A stretch of 24,000 nucleotides of DNA from Phreatobacter sp. (lineage in GTDB: Bacteria > Pseudomonadota > Alphaproteobacteria > Rhizobiales > Phreatobacteraceae), in assembly GCF_051860605.1 (NCBI RefSeq), contig NZ_JBHYDR010000010.1, forward strand, positions 78,346-102,345, in the 5' to 3' direction. A program made the position numbers and the translations under genes. How positions within the stretch are numbered: the first letter of the stretch is position 1; every line of letters starts with the position of its first letter. The notes under the pieces were generated by a model. The model was given only the letters and a program-made list of their open reading frames with translations, did not search any database and had not been told where the DNA came from. Below, one piece after another: positions 13,186-22,554 of the stretch.

Positions 13186-13905
13186 ATGAACCGCCGTCAC
13201 GCCCTCAGGCTCTTCGGAACCGCTGCTGCCGTTGGCGCTGCCATGTCGATCCCGGCCGGGCACAAGGTCTGGGCGCAGGCCGCCCCCGGCCCCTTCACGC
13301 TGCCTCCGGTCGGCTATGCCTATGATGCGCTGGAGCCGCATATCGACAAGATGACGATGGAGATTCATCACTCCCGCCATCACGCAGCCTTCCTCGCCGG
13401 CCTCAACAACGCCGCCCGCACCTATACCGACCTGACCCCCGCCAACACCGAGAAGGTGCTGCGCAACCTGTCCGCCGTGCCGGAGAGCCTGCGCACCGGC
13501 GTGCGCAACGCGCTCGGCGGTTACTGGAACCACGTCCACTTCTGGGACATCATGACCCCCGGCGGCGCCAAGCAGCCCTCCGGTGCCCTCGCCCAGGCGA
13601 TCACCGCCGCCTTCGGCGATGCCGACAAGATGCGCCAGCAGTTCAACCAGGCTTCCGTCGGCCGCTTCGGCTCGGGCTGGGGCTGGCTGGTGGTCGGCCG
13701 CGACAACAAGCTGGCCGTCGTCTCCACGCCGAACCAGGACAACCCGCTGATGGACGGTGTCAAGGGCGTGGTCATGGGCATCGACGTGTGGGAGCACGCC
13801 TATTACCTCAAGTACCAGAACCGGCGCCCGGACTACGTGACCACCTGGTGGAACGTCGTCAACTGGGACAAGGCTGCCGCCAACTTCCAGAAGGCCATGG
13901 CCTGA
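13186..13905 (+). CDS. Fe/Mn-family superoxide dismutase with an N-terminal twin-arginine-like export presequence (Mn-type signature residues)
   Basis: Start at ATG 13186 (GGGAGA upstream). The presequence MNRRHALRLFGTAAAVGAAMSIPAGHKVWA/QA precedes the canonical SOD N-terminus FTLPPVGYAYDALEPHID. Metal-ligand motifs HHSRHH, GGYWNHVHFW and DVWEHAYYL are present, and NQDNP carries a Gln as in Mn-SODs. Confidence 0.9.
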   Translation: MNRRHALRLFGTAAAVGAAMSIPAGHKVWAQAAPGPFTLPPVGYAYDALEPHIDKMTMEIHHSRHHAAFLAGLNNAARTYTDLTPANTEKVLRNLSAVPESLRTGVRNALGGYWNHVHFWDIMTPGGAKQPSGALAQAITAAFGDADKMRQQFNQASVGRFGSGWGWLVVGRDNKLAVVSTPNQDNPLMDGVKGVVMGIDVWEHAYYLKYQNRRPDYVTTWWNVVNWDKAAANFQKAMA

Positions 13906-13961
13906 CGCCCCTGCTGCGCCTGATGCCCCCCATGGGTGCAGCAGGACCGATGGCCATCGCC

Positions 13962-13994
13962 GGCCCCATCCTCACGGGTGGGGCCGATTTCGTT
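13962..13994 (+). terminator. Candidate terminator downstream of the SOD gene
   Basis: GGCCCCA (13962-13968) pairs with TGGGGCC (13979-13985) around a 10-nt loop and is followed by GATTTCGTT. An additional 8-bp inverted repeat CCTGCTGC/GCAGCAGG lies at 13910-13945. Confidence 0.35.
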
Positions 13995-14050
13995 GGGGGC
14001 AGGCCTGATGGTTGCCGGTCCCGGGTGGAGCACGCCCTGCAGGCTGGCTG

Positions 14051-14094
14051 ATGCGTCCTTCGAGGCTCGCTTCGCTCGCACCTCAGGATGAGGA
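14051..14094. repeat. REP-like intergenic element, inverted partial copy
   Basis: Positions 14052-14094 are the exact reverse complement of 14169-14211 (TCCTCATCCTGAGGTGCGAGCGAAGCGAGCCTCGAAGGACGCA), giving a 43-bp perfect inverted repeat separated by 74 nt. Confidence 0.9.
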
Positions 14095-14132
14095 CGGAGG
14101 AGACTGGCATGCCCGACGCACGGGCGCGGCTG

Positions 14133-14219
14133 TCGCTTGTCGTCGCCGCATGGGCCACTCACCGGCATTCCTCATCCTGAGGTGCGAGCGAAGCGAGCCT
14201 CGAAGGACGCAGGACCGAT
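14133..14219. repeat. REP-like intergenic element, direct copy 1
   Basis: This 87-nt unit TCGCTTGTCGTCGCCGCATGGGCCACTCACCGGCATTCCTCATCCTGAGGTGCGAGCGAAGCGAGCCTCGAAGGACGCAGGACCGAT is repeated 100 bp downstream with 2 mismatches and a 1-nt indel. Confidence 0.9.
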
Positions 14220-14232
14220 GCGCAAGCCGCAA

Positions 14233-14320
14233 TCGCTCGTCGTCGCCGCATGGGCCACTCACCGGCATTCCTCATCCTGAGGTGCGAGCGCAAGCGAGCC
14301 TCGAAGGACGCAGCACCGAT
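14233..14320. repeat. REP-like intergenic element, direct copy 2
   Basis: 88-nt copy of the 14133-14219 unit, ending about 50 nt from the smpB stop codon. It contains the internal palindrome CCTCA-TCC-TGAGG. Confidence 0.9.
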
Positions 14321-14368
14321 CTGCAGGCCGATCCGCGACAGCCCACCTTCCCCTCGACGGCCGCGCCC

Positions 14369-14842
14369 CTACCCCCGGTCGCGCATGATCCGCGCCTGGT
14401 CGCGCTGCCAGTCGCGCTTCTTCTCCGTGTCGCGCTTGTCGTGCAGCTTCTTGCCGCGAGCGAGCGCGATCTGCAGCTTCGCCAGGCCCTTCTCGTTGAA
14501 ATAGAGCTTGAGCGGCACCACGGTCAGCCCGTCGCGCTGCACCGCCCCGGTCAGCCGGGCGATCTGCCGCTTGTGCAGCAGCAGGCGCCGCGGCCGCTTC
14601 GGCTCGTGGTTGAAGCGGTTGGCCTGCAGATATTCCGGAATGTTGCAGTTGAAGAGGAAGAACTCCTCGCCGGAAGGCCCCGCATAGCTCTCGCCGATGG
14701 TCGCCTTGGCGGCGCGCAGCGACTTCACCTCGGTGCCGGTCAGCTGGATGCCGGCCTCGAATGTGTCGAGGATCTCGTAGTCGAAGCGTCCGCGCCGGTT
14801 CTCGGCGATGATCTTCATCTTGGGGTCCGGCTTGGCCGCCAT
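14369..14842 (-). CDS. smpB: SsrA(tmRNA)-binding protein
   Basis: 157-aa ORF: ...[32 protein letters not shown]...LLLHKRQI...[41 protein letters not shown], the canonical SmpB. Confidence 0.95.
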   Translation of the reverse strand: MAAKPDPKMKIIAENRRGRFDYEILDTFEAGIQLTGTEVKSLRAAKATIGESYAGPSGEEFFLFNCNIPEYLQANRFNHEPKRPRRLLLHKRQIARLTGAVQRDGLTVVPLKLYFNEKGLAKLQIALARGKKLHDKRDTEKKRDWQRDQARIMRDRG

Positions 14843-14863
14843 GGCGCTTGCTATCGATCCCCG

Positions 14864-15751
14864 TCAGTTCATCAGGCCGGCATGGACGAGCGCCGCCTTC
14901 AGCGCGCCGCGCGTTGCCTCCGTCACCGGCACCATGGGCAGGCGCGTCTCCTCCGACATGCGCCCGAGCAGGGCGAGCGCCGCCTTGGACGGCGCCGGGC
15001 TCGGTTCGAGGAACACCGCCTGGTGCAGCGGGAACAGCGTGTCCTGGATCGCGAGCGCCTTGGCGAAATCGCCGGCCATGCAGGCGTTCTGGAACTCGGC
15101 GCAGAGCCTCGGGGCGACATTGGCCGTCACCGAGATGCAGCCGTGGCCGCCATGGGCCATATGGGCCAGGGCCGTGCCGTCCTCGCCGGACAACTGGATG
15201 AAGTCCTTGCCGCAGGCGGCGCGCTGGGCCGAGACGCGGTCGACCTTCGCCGTCGCATCCTTCACGCCCACGATGTTCGGGATCTCGGCGAGCCGCGCCA
15301 TGGTCTCCACCGTCATGTCCACCACCGAGCGCGGCGGGATGTTGTAGATGAAGATCGGCAGCGAGGTGGCTTCCGCGATCGCCTTGAAGTGCTGGTAGAG
15401 CCCTTCCTGGTTCGGCCGGTTGTAGTAGGGCGTGACATGCAGCAGGCCCTGCGCGCCGGCCTTCTCGGCATGGCGCGAGAAGTCGATGGCCTCGGCCGTG
15501 TTGTTGGAGCCGGCGCCGGCCATGACCGGCACGCGGCCGGCGGCCTCCTCGATGGCCCATTCGACCACGCGCTTGTGCTCGTCATGGGTCAGGGTCGGGC
15601 TCTCGCCGGTGGTGCCGACCGGAACGATGCCGTGCGAGCCTTCCTCGATCACCCAGTTGACGTGGGCGCGGAAGCCCTTCTCGTCCAGCTTGCCGTCGCG
15701 CATCGGTGTCACGAGGGCGGGCATGGAGCCCCTGAACATGGCGGCGGTCAT
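14864..15751 (-). CDS. dapA: 4-hydroxy-tetrahydrodipicolinate synthase
   Basis: Start chosen at ATG 15751 ([17 protein letters not shown]..., GGGAGA upstream), 295 aa. Motifs [19 protein letters not shown] and the active-site Lys context VGVKDAT are present. The longer track ORF (to 16078) has a non-protein-like N-terminal extension. Confidence 0.93.
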   Translation of the reverse strand: MTAAMFRGSMPALVTPMRDGKLDEKGFRAHVNWVIEEGSHGIVPVGTTGESPTLTHDEHKRVVEWAIEEAAGRVPVMAGAGSNNTAEAIDFSRHAEKAGAQGLLHVTPYYNRPNQEGLYQHFKAIAEATSLPIFIYNIPPRSVVDMTVETMARLAEIPNIVGVKDATAKVDRVSAQRAACGKDFIQLSGEDGTALAHMAHGGHGCISVTANVAPRLCAEFQNACMAGDFAKALAIQDTLFPLHQAVFLEPSPAPSKAALALLGRMSEETRLPMVPVTEATRGALKAALVHAGLMN

Positions 15752-16165
15752 GGCGGAAGTCTCCCGGAAGGCGGGTCTCAGGGGCGAAGCGTGCGGACGG
15801 GCCGCGAAAGGCCGGTCACAAAGCCTTGTGGCGGCGGCAACGTCAAGGGTCGAGGGCGGGCGGTTGTCACGGCGGCGGCTCCGGTCGGATGGGATGGGGC
15901 AGTTCTGGCCCGGTTCGGCTCGAGAACGGCCATCATGCCACCGGCCGCGGACGGGGAAGCAAGTTTTCCGCCGAAAAATCCGCTGATCGGCGAAAACCGC
16001 TGGCGGCGCCGGGGCTTGCATCAACGCGCTTTTAACCAAGCCGGTCGGTTTGTCCCCCTCCCGTTCAGAACTCGTCAAGGAAAACGGCCCGATAACGGCC
16101 GGGCAAAGGCCGCAATCCTTCTGCCGGATGAGGCCGTCCAGCGTCGCGTATCAGGACGGAGCTCC

Positions 16166-18304
16166 ATGTCGATCATGATCCCTTCGCATGCGATTCCCGT
16201 GCATCGGACCCCTGCGGGGCTGATCCCCGCGCTGCCCCGCCTCTGGCTGCTGGCAGGGGTGGCCGCCGCAGCGCTGGTCGCTTCCGGCTGCGCCATGAGC
16301 CAGGACGTCGAGCCGGAACTTCCCGTCCAGATGGCGAGCCGCGACGCCGCCGCACCCGACACCACCGGCTCGATCCCGCCGGCTTCGCGAAGCTGGAGCC
16401 CGTCGTCGGCGGCGGTCAGCGATGCCGATGTCGCAGCGCTCGGCCGCATTCTCGCCGCCGCTCGCGGCAACCGCATCGACCAGGCTACGGCTGGCCTCGC
16501 AGAGGTGCGCGATCCGGTGGCGAAGGTGCTCGGCGAATGGGCGATCCTGATGGCCAATGACGGCGTCTCGTTCGAACGCGCCGCCGCCTTCCTGCGCCAG
16601 CATCCGGCCTTCCCGGCAAGCCGCCGCATCCGCCTTCGGGCCGAGGGCATGCTGCTGGAAAACAACGTGGCCGGTTCGCAGGTGCGCCAGTTCTTCGCCC
16701 GCAGCCAGCCGCAGAGCGCCAAGGGCTCCATTGCACTCGCCCTCGCCCTGAAGGAGGCCGGCGACGGCCAGCGTTCGGCGCGCATGGCCCGCGAGATCTG
16801 GCGCGAACAGGACCTCTCCGCCGACAACGAGCGGCGCCTGCTCGCCGGCTTCGGATCGGTTATCACCCGCGCCGACCACAAGGCGCGCATGGACCGCATG
16901 CTGCACGACAACCAGGAGGCGACCGCCCTGCGCGCCGCCCAGCGGCTCGGCGGCGGCCAGGTGGCGCTGGCCCGCGCCGTGCTCGCCGTCGGTGCGCGCC
17001 GGCCGAACGGGCCGGGCCTGCTGGCCGCCGTGCCCTCCTCGCTGCACCGCGACCCGGCCTATCTGCTCGCCCGGGCCCAGGTGCTGCGCCGCGGCGACAA
17101 GCCGAAGGAGGCCGCGGCCATCCTCATGGCCGCGCCGCGCGATCCCGCCCTGCTCGGCAAGCCCGAGGAATGGTGGACCGAACGGCGGATCGTCGCCCGC
17201 CAGCTGCTCGAGGCCGGGGACACCCGGGCCGCCTACCAGCTTGTCGCGACCCATCCGGTCCGCTCCGGGACCGCGCGGATCGATGCCGAGTTCCATGCCG
17301 GCTGGCTGGCGCTGCGCCGCCTCAACGATCCGGCTCTGGCGCTGCGCCATTTCCAGGCCGTGCGGCAGGCATCCTCAACGCCCATGTCGCAGTCCAGGGC
17401 CCTCTACTGGATCGGCCGCGCCCAGGAGGCGGCCGGCCAGCAGGGTGCGGCGCGCCAGGCCTTCGAGGCGGCCGCCCGCCATTCCAGCCACTATTACGGC
17501 CAGCTCGCCCGTGCCCGCCTCGGCATGCAGGACCAGCCGGTCCGTCGTCCCCAGGCCAGCGCTGCGGCGGCATCCCCCGCCGTGCGCGTGCTCGACATCC
17601 TCTACCGGCTGAACGAGCCGGTGCTGGCGCGCACGGTGCTCGCCGATCTCGGCCTCAGGGCAACCGATCACGGCCTGCTGCAGGCGGCCGGCGAGCGGGC
17701 GGTCCGCGCGGGCGATGCGCGCGGCGCCACCGTCCTCGGCCGGCTCGCCAACAATCGCGGCCTGCCCTTCGACCTGCACGCCTTCCCGACCATCGGCATC
17801 CCGGCCTACCGCCATGTCGGGCCGGAGGTCGACCGGGCGGTGGTCTTTGCCATCGCACGGCAGGAATCGACCTTTGACCCGCGGGCCGTCAGCCACGCGG
17901 GCGCGCGCGGGCTTTTGCAATTGATGCCCGGCACGGCGCGCGCGACCGCGCGCACGTATGGCCTGTCCTACGACCAGGGCCGCCTGACCTCGGACCCTGC
18001 CTACAATGCCCAGCTTGGTGCCGCCCATCTTGGCGAACTGGTCGCCGAGTTCAACGGCAGCTACGTGCTGACCTTCGTTGCCTACAATGCCGGGCGCGCG
18101 CGGGCGCGCGAATGGATCCAGCGCTTCGGCGATCCCCGCGACCCCTCCGTCGATCCGGTCGACTGGGTGGAGATGATCCCCTTCTCCGAGACGCGCAACT
18201 ACGTCCAGCGGGTCATGGAGAACGTGCAGGTCTATCGCGCGCGGCTGGGCGGCGGCTCGGCGCTGAGGATCGAGGCCGATCTCAGGCGCGGCCGCGTCAA
18301 TTGA
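16166..18304 (+). CDS. slt: Soluble lytic murein transglycosylase (Slt70-like), possibly lipid-anchored
   Basis: This is the last 712 codons of the 1430-aa track ORF. ATG 16166 gives a signal-like N-terminus ...LWLLAGVAAAALVASGC. A long superhelical Ala/Leu/Arg-rich region precedes the C-terminal SLT domain with the catalytic ES (IARQESTFDPRAVSHAGARGLLQLMPGTA) and AYNAG motifs. Confidence 0.9.
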   Translation: MSIMIPSHAIPVHRTPAGLIPALPRLWLLAGVAAAALVASGCAMSQDVEPELPVQMASRDAAAPDTTGSIPPASRSWSPSSAAVSDADVAALGRILAAARGNRIDQATAGLAEVRDPVAKVLGEWAILMANDGVSFERAAAFLRQHPAFPASRRIRLRAEGMLLENNVAGSQVRQFFARSQPQSAKGSIALALALKEAGDGQRSARMAREIWREQDLSADNERRLLAGFGSVITRADHKARMDRMLHDNQEATALRAAQRLGGGQVALARAVLAVGARRPNGPGLLAAVPSSLHRDPAYLLARAQVLRRGDKPKEAAAILMAAPRDPALLGKPEEWWTERRIVARQLLEAGDTRAAYQLVATHPVRSGTARIDAEFHAGWLALRRLNDPALALRHFQAVRQASSTPMSQSRALYWIGRAQEAAGQQGAARQAFEAAARHSSHYYGQLARARLGMQDQPVRRPQASAAAASPAVRVLDILYRLNEPVLARTVLADLGLRATDHGLLQAAGERAVRAGDARGATVLGRLANNRGLPFDLHAFPTIGIPAYRHVGPEVDRAVVFAIARQESTFDPRAVSHAGARGLLQLMPGTARATARTYGLSYDQGRLTSDPAYNAQLGAAHLGELVAEFNGSYVLTFVAYNAGRARAREWIQRFGDPRDPSVDPVDWVEMIPFSETRNYVQRVMENVQVYRARLGGGSALRIEADLRRGRVN

Positions 18305-18379
18305 AGACTGCGTTGACTGAAGCCTGCGTCACCTGAACGGACCCGGCTACGGCATCGCCTCAGCCTGCATATGGCGGCC

Positions 18380-19969
18380 TCATCCCCGAAGGGACTTCTT
18401 CCTCGGCAGCCAGGCGGTCGCGGCGGCCGGCTCCATGGCCTCGACCAGCTGGACGAAGGACGAGCCCGGCAGCGGCGGCGCGAACACATAGCCCTGCGCG
18501 CTCCTGACACCGCGGCGGCGCAGCGCCTCCACCTGGTCGAAGGTCTCGACCCCCTCGGCAACCACGTCCAGGTTCAGGTGCGCGGCAAGGTCGATCAGGC
18601 TGTCGACAATGGCGGTCGACTGGCGTTCGGAGCCGATGGCGTCGATGAACAGCTTGTCGATCTTCATCACGTCGACGCGCAGCTTGAGTAGGTAGCTCAT
18701 GCCGCCATGGCCCGTTCCGACATCGTCGAGCGCCACGCGCACGCCGAGGTCCTGGAACCGCGCGATGATCGCGCGCGCCAGTTCCATGTCAGGTAGAGGA
18801 TCGCGCTCGGTGACCTCCAGCAGAACCTGATTCAGCTTCAGCTCTGTTCCGGAGAAGACGTTGATGACGTCCTCCACGATCGACTGGTCCTGGAAATGCG
18901 CGGCGCACAGGTTGAAGCCGCATTTCATGTGCGGCCGCGCAGCATAGAGCGACCCGACTTCGGCGGCCGCCTGCCGCATCAGGTCGAGCGTCAGGGGGAA
19001 GATGAAGCCCGAGCGCTCGGCCTCGCCGATGAAGGCCCCCGGCGGGATGATGGTTCCGTCCGGCTTGCGCCAGCGCACCAGCACCTCGCAGCCGATGATC
19101 CGGCCGGTATCGATGTCGAGGATGGGCTGGTAGTAGGGAATGAACTCGCCATTGACGAGCGCCCGGTGCATGTCGGCCATGGGGTCGCGCCGGCGGCAGA
19201 TGGCCAGCAGGACCGCCGCCATCAGGCCGGCGAGCACGATCCCGACGACCACGGCCAGCCAGATGATGCCGCCATGCTCCAATCGCCAGGCGCCCTCCGA
19301 TGCGGTCGCCACGACCCGGATCGGATAGCTGCCAGACACGGCGACGGCGCTGAACTGCCTGCTGCCCTCGACGGCGCCGGCCCCGCGCACCGAGACCAGC
19401 CGGCCGCCCGGCACCAGTTCCACGTCGATGCCGAGACCCGAATTGCCCCGCTGGATGACCTGGTGCGGGACGAACAGGCCGACCGACATGATGCCGCCAT
19501 ACAGGATGGTGCCGTCGGGGTTCCAGAACACCCGAAGTGCGCGCCCGTGGGCGCCCCGGGTCACCGCCACGGCCAGGCTGACCCGCGGATTGGCGGTCAC
19601 GAACGGCGTGGACGCCGGCGTGATCTGCACCAGCGAGCCGATATTGTTGCAGCGGACCGCGCCGTCCGGTCCGTGGACAGCCAGTTCCTTCAGGACCGGC
19701 GATTCGAACACCAGCACCCTGAGGGCCTCGCGATCCGTCGGCGAGCAACCGGCGACATTGCGCGTCTCGGCATCGTGCAGGCTGACGAGAGCCCGGTCGA
19801 CGGCGCCGTCGATGCGCTGCAGAACGGTCTGGGCCGTGGTGTCGAGATAGGATTGCAGCTTGTGGCGCATGAACGCCTCGGCCGCGAAATACGCGGCTGC
19901 GGGGACGCTGATCGCCGTGACCGCAGCCAGGATCAGTGCCAGCTTTCTCGTCCCCGAGCCGACGCTCAC
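18380..19969 (-). CDS. Membrane c-di-GMP phosphodiesterase: CSS-motif periplasmic sensor domain plus EAL domain
   Basis: 529-aa ORF with a GTG start at 19969. It has TM1 (LALILAAVTAISVPAAAYF), a periplasmic region with two Cys (AGCSPTD and VRCNNIG) and TM2 (IIWLAVVVGIVLAGLMAAVLLAI). The EAL domain follows, with the full catalytic set: EVLVRW, NL, EVTE, DDVGTG, KIDK, EGVE and QGY. Confidence 0.9.
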   Translation of the reverse strand: MSVGSGTRKLALILAAVTAISVPAAAYFAAEAFMRHKLQSYLDTTAQTVLQRIDGAVDRALVSLHDAETRNVAGCSPTDREALRVLVFESPVLKELAVHGPDGAVRCNNIGSLVQITPASTPFVTANPRVSLAVAVTRGAHGRALRVFWNPDGTILYGGIMSVGLFVPHQVIQRGNSGLGIDVELVPGGRLVSVRGAGAVEGSRQFSAVAVSGSYPIRVVATASEGAWRLEHGGIIWLAVVVGIVLAGLMAAVLLAICRRRDPMADMHRALVNGEFIPYYQPILDIDTGRIIGCEVLVRWRKPDGTIIPPGAFIGEAERSGFIFPLTLDLMRQAAAEVGSLYAARPHMKCGFNLCAAHFQDQSIVEDVINVFSGTELKLNQVLLEVTERDPLPDMELARAIIARFQDLGVRVALDDVGTGHGGMSYLLKLRVDVMKIDKLFIDAIGSERQSTAIVDSLIDLAAHLNLDVVAEGVETFDQVEALRRRGVRSAQGYVFAPPLPGSSFVQLVEAMEPAAATAWLPRKKSLRG

Positions 19970-20035
19970 ATTCGCCCCACCGAAGGATGCGCACAGGGAT
20001 GCCTGCCAGCCTGATCGCGCATGTTCTTCAACAGT

Positions 20036-20053
20036 TTAGGGCGGCCGCCTTAA
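20036..20053 (-). terminator. Palindromic hairpin downstream of the malic enzyme gene (weak terminator candidate)
   Basis: TTAGGGC-GGCC-GCCTTAA forms a 7-bp stem (one G-U) with a 4-nt loop, 22 nt after the stop at 20076-20078. No U-tract follows. Confidence 0.3.
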
Positions 20054-20075
20054 TGGTGTCTTGACTGCCGCAGGG

Positions 20076-22364
20076 TCATGCGACGATCGCTCCCTGCGCC
20101 TCCACCACCGCCAGCGCCGTCATGTTCACGACGCCGCGTGCCGTGACCGACGAGGTCAGGATGTGCGCGGGCTTGGCCTGACCGACAAGGATCGGACCCA
20201 CCGGCAGCGCATCAGCCAGCACCTTGATGACCTGGAAGGCGATGTTGGCGGCCGAAAGGTTGGGCATGATCAGGACGTTGGCGACGCCCTTCAATCGCGA
20301 TTGCGGCAGGATCCGCTCCCTGAGTTCCGGCAGCAAGGCCGTGTCGGCGTGCATCTCGCCGTCGACCTCCAGCTCCGGCGCGCGCTCCCAGATCAGCTTC
20401 AGCGCCTCCTGCATCTTGGTGGCGGTGTCGTCGTCGTAGCTGCCGAAGTCCGAATGCGCGACCAGCGCGATCTTCGGTTCAAGGCCGAAGCGGCGCACGT
20501 GCTCGGCGGCCGTGCAGGCCATGTCGGCCAGTTCCTCAGGCGAGGGATCGGGCGTCACATGCGTGTCGGCGATGAACAGCGGCCCCTTGGAGGTGATGAG
20601 CAGCGACAGCGCCGCCAGCCCGTCGGCGCCGTCCTTCAGGCCGATCACCTGCCGGATGTGGCGCAGATGCGTGTTGAAACGCCCCTCCACGCCGCAGATC
20701 ATGGCATCGACGTCGCCGCGCTCCAGAGCCACCGCGGCAATCGCGGAGGTGGCGGTGCGCATGATGGTGCGCGCCGCATCGGCCGAGACACCGCGCCGGC
20801 CGACCCGGTCGTGATAGGTCGCGACATAGTCGCGGTAGCGGGGATCCGACTGCGGATCGATGAGCGCGAAATCCGTGTCCCTGCGGATGGACAGCCCGAA
20901 GCGTTCCAGCCGCTGCTCGACCACCGCCGGCCGGCCGATGAGCACCGGATAGGCCAGCCCCTCCTCCACCACCACCTGGGCGGCACGCAGGATCCGCTCG
21001 TCCTCGCCTTCGGCGTAGATGACCCTCTTCGGGGCCTGGCGGGCCTTGTCGAAGACCGGCTTCATCAGGAGGCCGGAGCGGAACACGAAGCGCGAAAGCT
21101 GGGCCTCGTAGGCGGGAAAGTCCGTGATCGGCCGGGTGGCGACGCCGGTTTCCATGGCCGCCCTGGCAACCTCCGGCGCGATCCGCAGGATCAGGCGCGG
21201 ATCGAAGGGCGAGGGAATGAGATTGCCGGCACCGAACGTGCCGACCTCACCGCCATAGGCGCGCGCGACCACATCGGACGGCGCCTCGCGGGCAAGCCCC
21301 GCAATGGCGCGCACGGCGGCCAGCTTCATCGGCTCGTTGATGGCGGTCGCCCCGCAGTCGAGCGCGCCGCGGAAGATGTAGGGGAAGCACAGGACATTGT
21401 TGACCTGGTTCGGATAGTCCGACCGGCCCGTGCAGATCATCGCGTCGGTGCGCACCTCGCGCACCTCCTCCGGCATGATCTCCGGATTGGGATTGGCCAG
21501 CGCCATGATGAGCGGTCCCGGCGCCATGCGCTTGACCATGTCCGGCTTCAGCACGCCAGCCGCCGACAGGCCGAGAAAGATGTCGGCGCCTTCGATGATC
21601 TCGGCCAGCGTGCGGGCGGCGGTGTCCTTGGCATAGACCGCCTTGTAGCGGTCCATGAGTTTCTCGCGGCCCCTGTAGACGACACCCTCGATGTCGGAGA
21701 CCCAGATGTTGTCCGGGCTGGCGCCGAGTTCCACCAGCAGGTTGAGGCAGGCAATGGCGGCGGCGCCCGCGCCCGAGGCGACGATCTTCACCGCGCCGAT
21801 CTGCTTGCCGGCGAGCGCCAGCGCATTGGTGACGGCGGCGGCGACGATGATGGCGGTGCCGTGCTGGTCGTCATGGAAGACCGGAATGCCCATGCGCTCG
21901 CGCAGGCGCTGTTCCACCTCGAAACATTCCGGGGCCTTGAAGTCTTCCAGGTTGATGCCGCCGAAGGTCGGCTCCAGCGCCGCCACCACGTCGACGATCC
22001 GGTCCACCTCGCGGGCGTCGATCTCGATATCGAAGACGTCGATACCGGCGAATTTCTTGAACAGGACCGCCTTGCCCTCCATCACCGGCTTGCCGGCCAG
22101 AGGGCCGATATCGCCAAGGCCGAGTACGGCGGTGCCGTTGGAGACGACCGCCACGAGATTGGCGCGGGCGGTCAGTTCCGCCGCCTGGGCGGGATCGGCG
22201 ACGATCGCCTCGCAGGCGGCCGCAACCCCGGGCGAATAGGCCAGTGCGAGGTCGCGCTGGTTTGCCAGCGGCTTGGTCGGCTGGATCTCCAGCTTTCCGG
22301 GCCGGGGCAGCCGGTGGTAGACGAGCGCGCCGGATTTCAGGTCGTCTGTGATGGCTTTCGTCAT
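20076..22364 (-). CDS. maeB: NAD(P)-dependent malic enzyme, chimeric type with a C-terminal phosphotransacetylase-like domain
   Basis: Start chosen at ATG 22364 ([33 protein letters not shown]..., GAGGGGG upstream), 762 aa. Malic enzyme motifs are [24 protein letters not shown] and GAGAAA, followed by a PTA-like C-terminal half of about 330 aa. NAD versus NADP specificity cannot be told by eye. Confidence 0.92.
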   Translation of the reverse strand: MTKAITDDLKSGALVYHRLPRPGKLEIQPTKPLANQRDLALAYSPGVAAACEAIVADPAQAAELTARANLVAVVSNGTAVLGLGDIGPLAGKPVMEGKAVLFKKFAGIDVFDIEIDAREVDRIVDVVAALEPTFGGINLEDFKAPECFEVEQRLRERMGIPVFHDDQHGTAIIVAAAVTNALALAGKQIGAVKIVASGAGAAAIACLNLLVELGASPDNIWVSDIEGVVYRGREKLMDRYKAVYAKDTAARTLAEIIEGADIFLGLSAAGVLKPDMVKRMAPGPLIMALANPNPEIMPEEVREVRTDAMICTGRSDYPNQVNNVLCFPYIFRGALDCGATAINEPMKLAAVRAIAGLAREAPSDVVARAYGGEVGTFGAGNLIPSPFDPRLILRIAPEVARAAMETGVATRPITDFPAYEAQLSRFVFRSGLLMKPVFDKARQAPKRVIYAEGEDERILRAAQVVVEEGLAYPVLIGRPAVVEQRLERFGLSIRRDTDFALIDPQSDPRYRDYVATYHDRVGRRGVSADAARTIMRTATSAIAAVALERGDVDAMICGVEGRFNTHLRHIRQVIGLKDGADGLAALSLLITSKGPLFIADTHVTPDPSPEELADMACTAAEHVRRFGLEPKIALVAHSDFGSYDDDTATKMQEALKLIWERAPELEVDGEMHADTALLPELRERILPQSRLKGVANVLIMPNLSAANIAFQVIKVLADALPVGPILVGQAKPAHILTSSVTARGVVNMTALAVVEAQGAIVA

Positions 22365-22554
22365 GCCTGCCCCCTCTGCCGCGCTCATGCGATGCGGCCA
22401 TGCCGGCGTCAACCATGTGACAGCGGGGCGGCGAGGGAAAGCCGCGCGGGCGTGACAATCAGTTCTTCGCCTCTGGAAAAGGCGGCGCCAGCCGCGCCCG
22501 GCCGTTGCGGCGGGGATCAACTGGGGCTAATCGGGCCGACAGAAGAGGCGCGAT

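Noticed and set aside
14133-14320. Tandem ~87-nt repeats considered as a CRISPR array
   Set aside because: There are only two direct copies with a 13-nt gap (no spacer-sized unique inserts), and the unit is far longer than CRISPR repeats. An inverted copy lies next to it and no cas genes are present, so it behaves like a REP/mosaic intergenic element.
15752-16165. Lysine riboswitch or other known leader upstream of dapA
   Set aside because: No L-box-like conserved helices or motifs could be recognised by eye, and lysine riboswitches are not expected on alphaproteobacterial dapA. Only the short inverted repeat reported separately stands out.
14012-18304. 1430-aa plus-strand ORF, the longest in the track
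   Set aside because: It is a read-through artefact of high GC. Its first ~718 codons run through the REP array and antisense to smpB and dapA, with Arg/Gly/His-rich nonsense composition. Only the part from ATG 16166 (signal sequence plus Slt domains) is a credible gene.
20050-20065. CtrA-box-like TTAA-N7-TTGAC upstream of the EAL gene
   Set aside because: This is a single site with one mismatch to TTAA-N7-TTAAC, and it overlaps the palindromic hairpin after the malic enzyme gene. It cannot be distinguished from chance without a genome-specific matrix or ChIP data.
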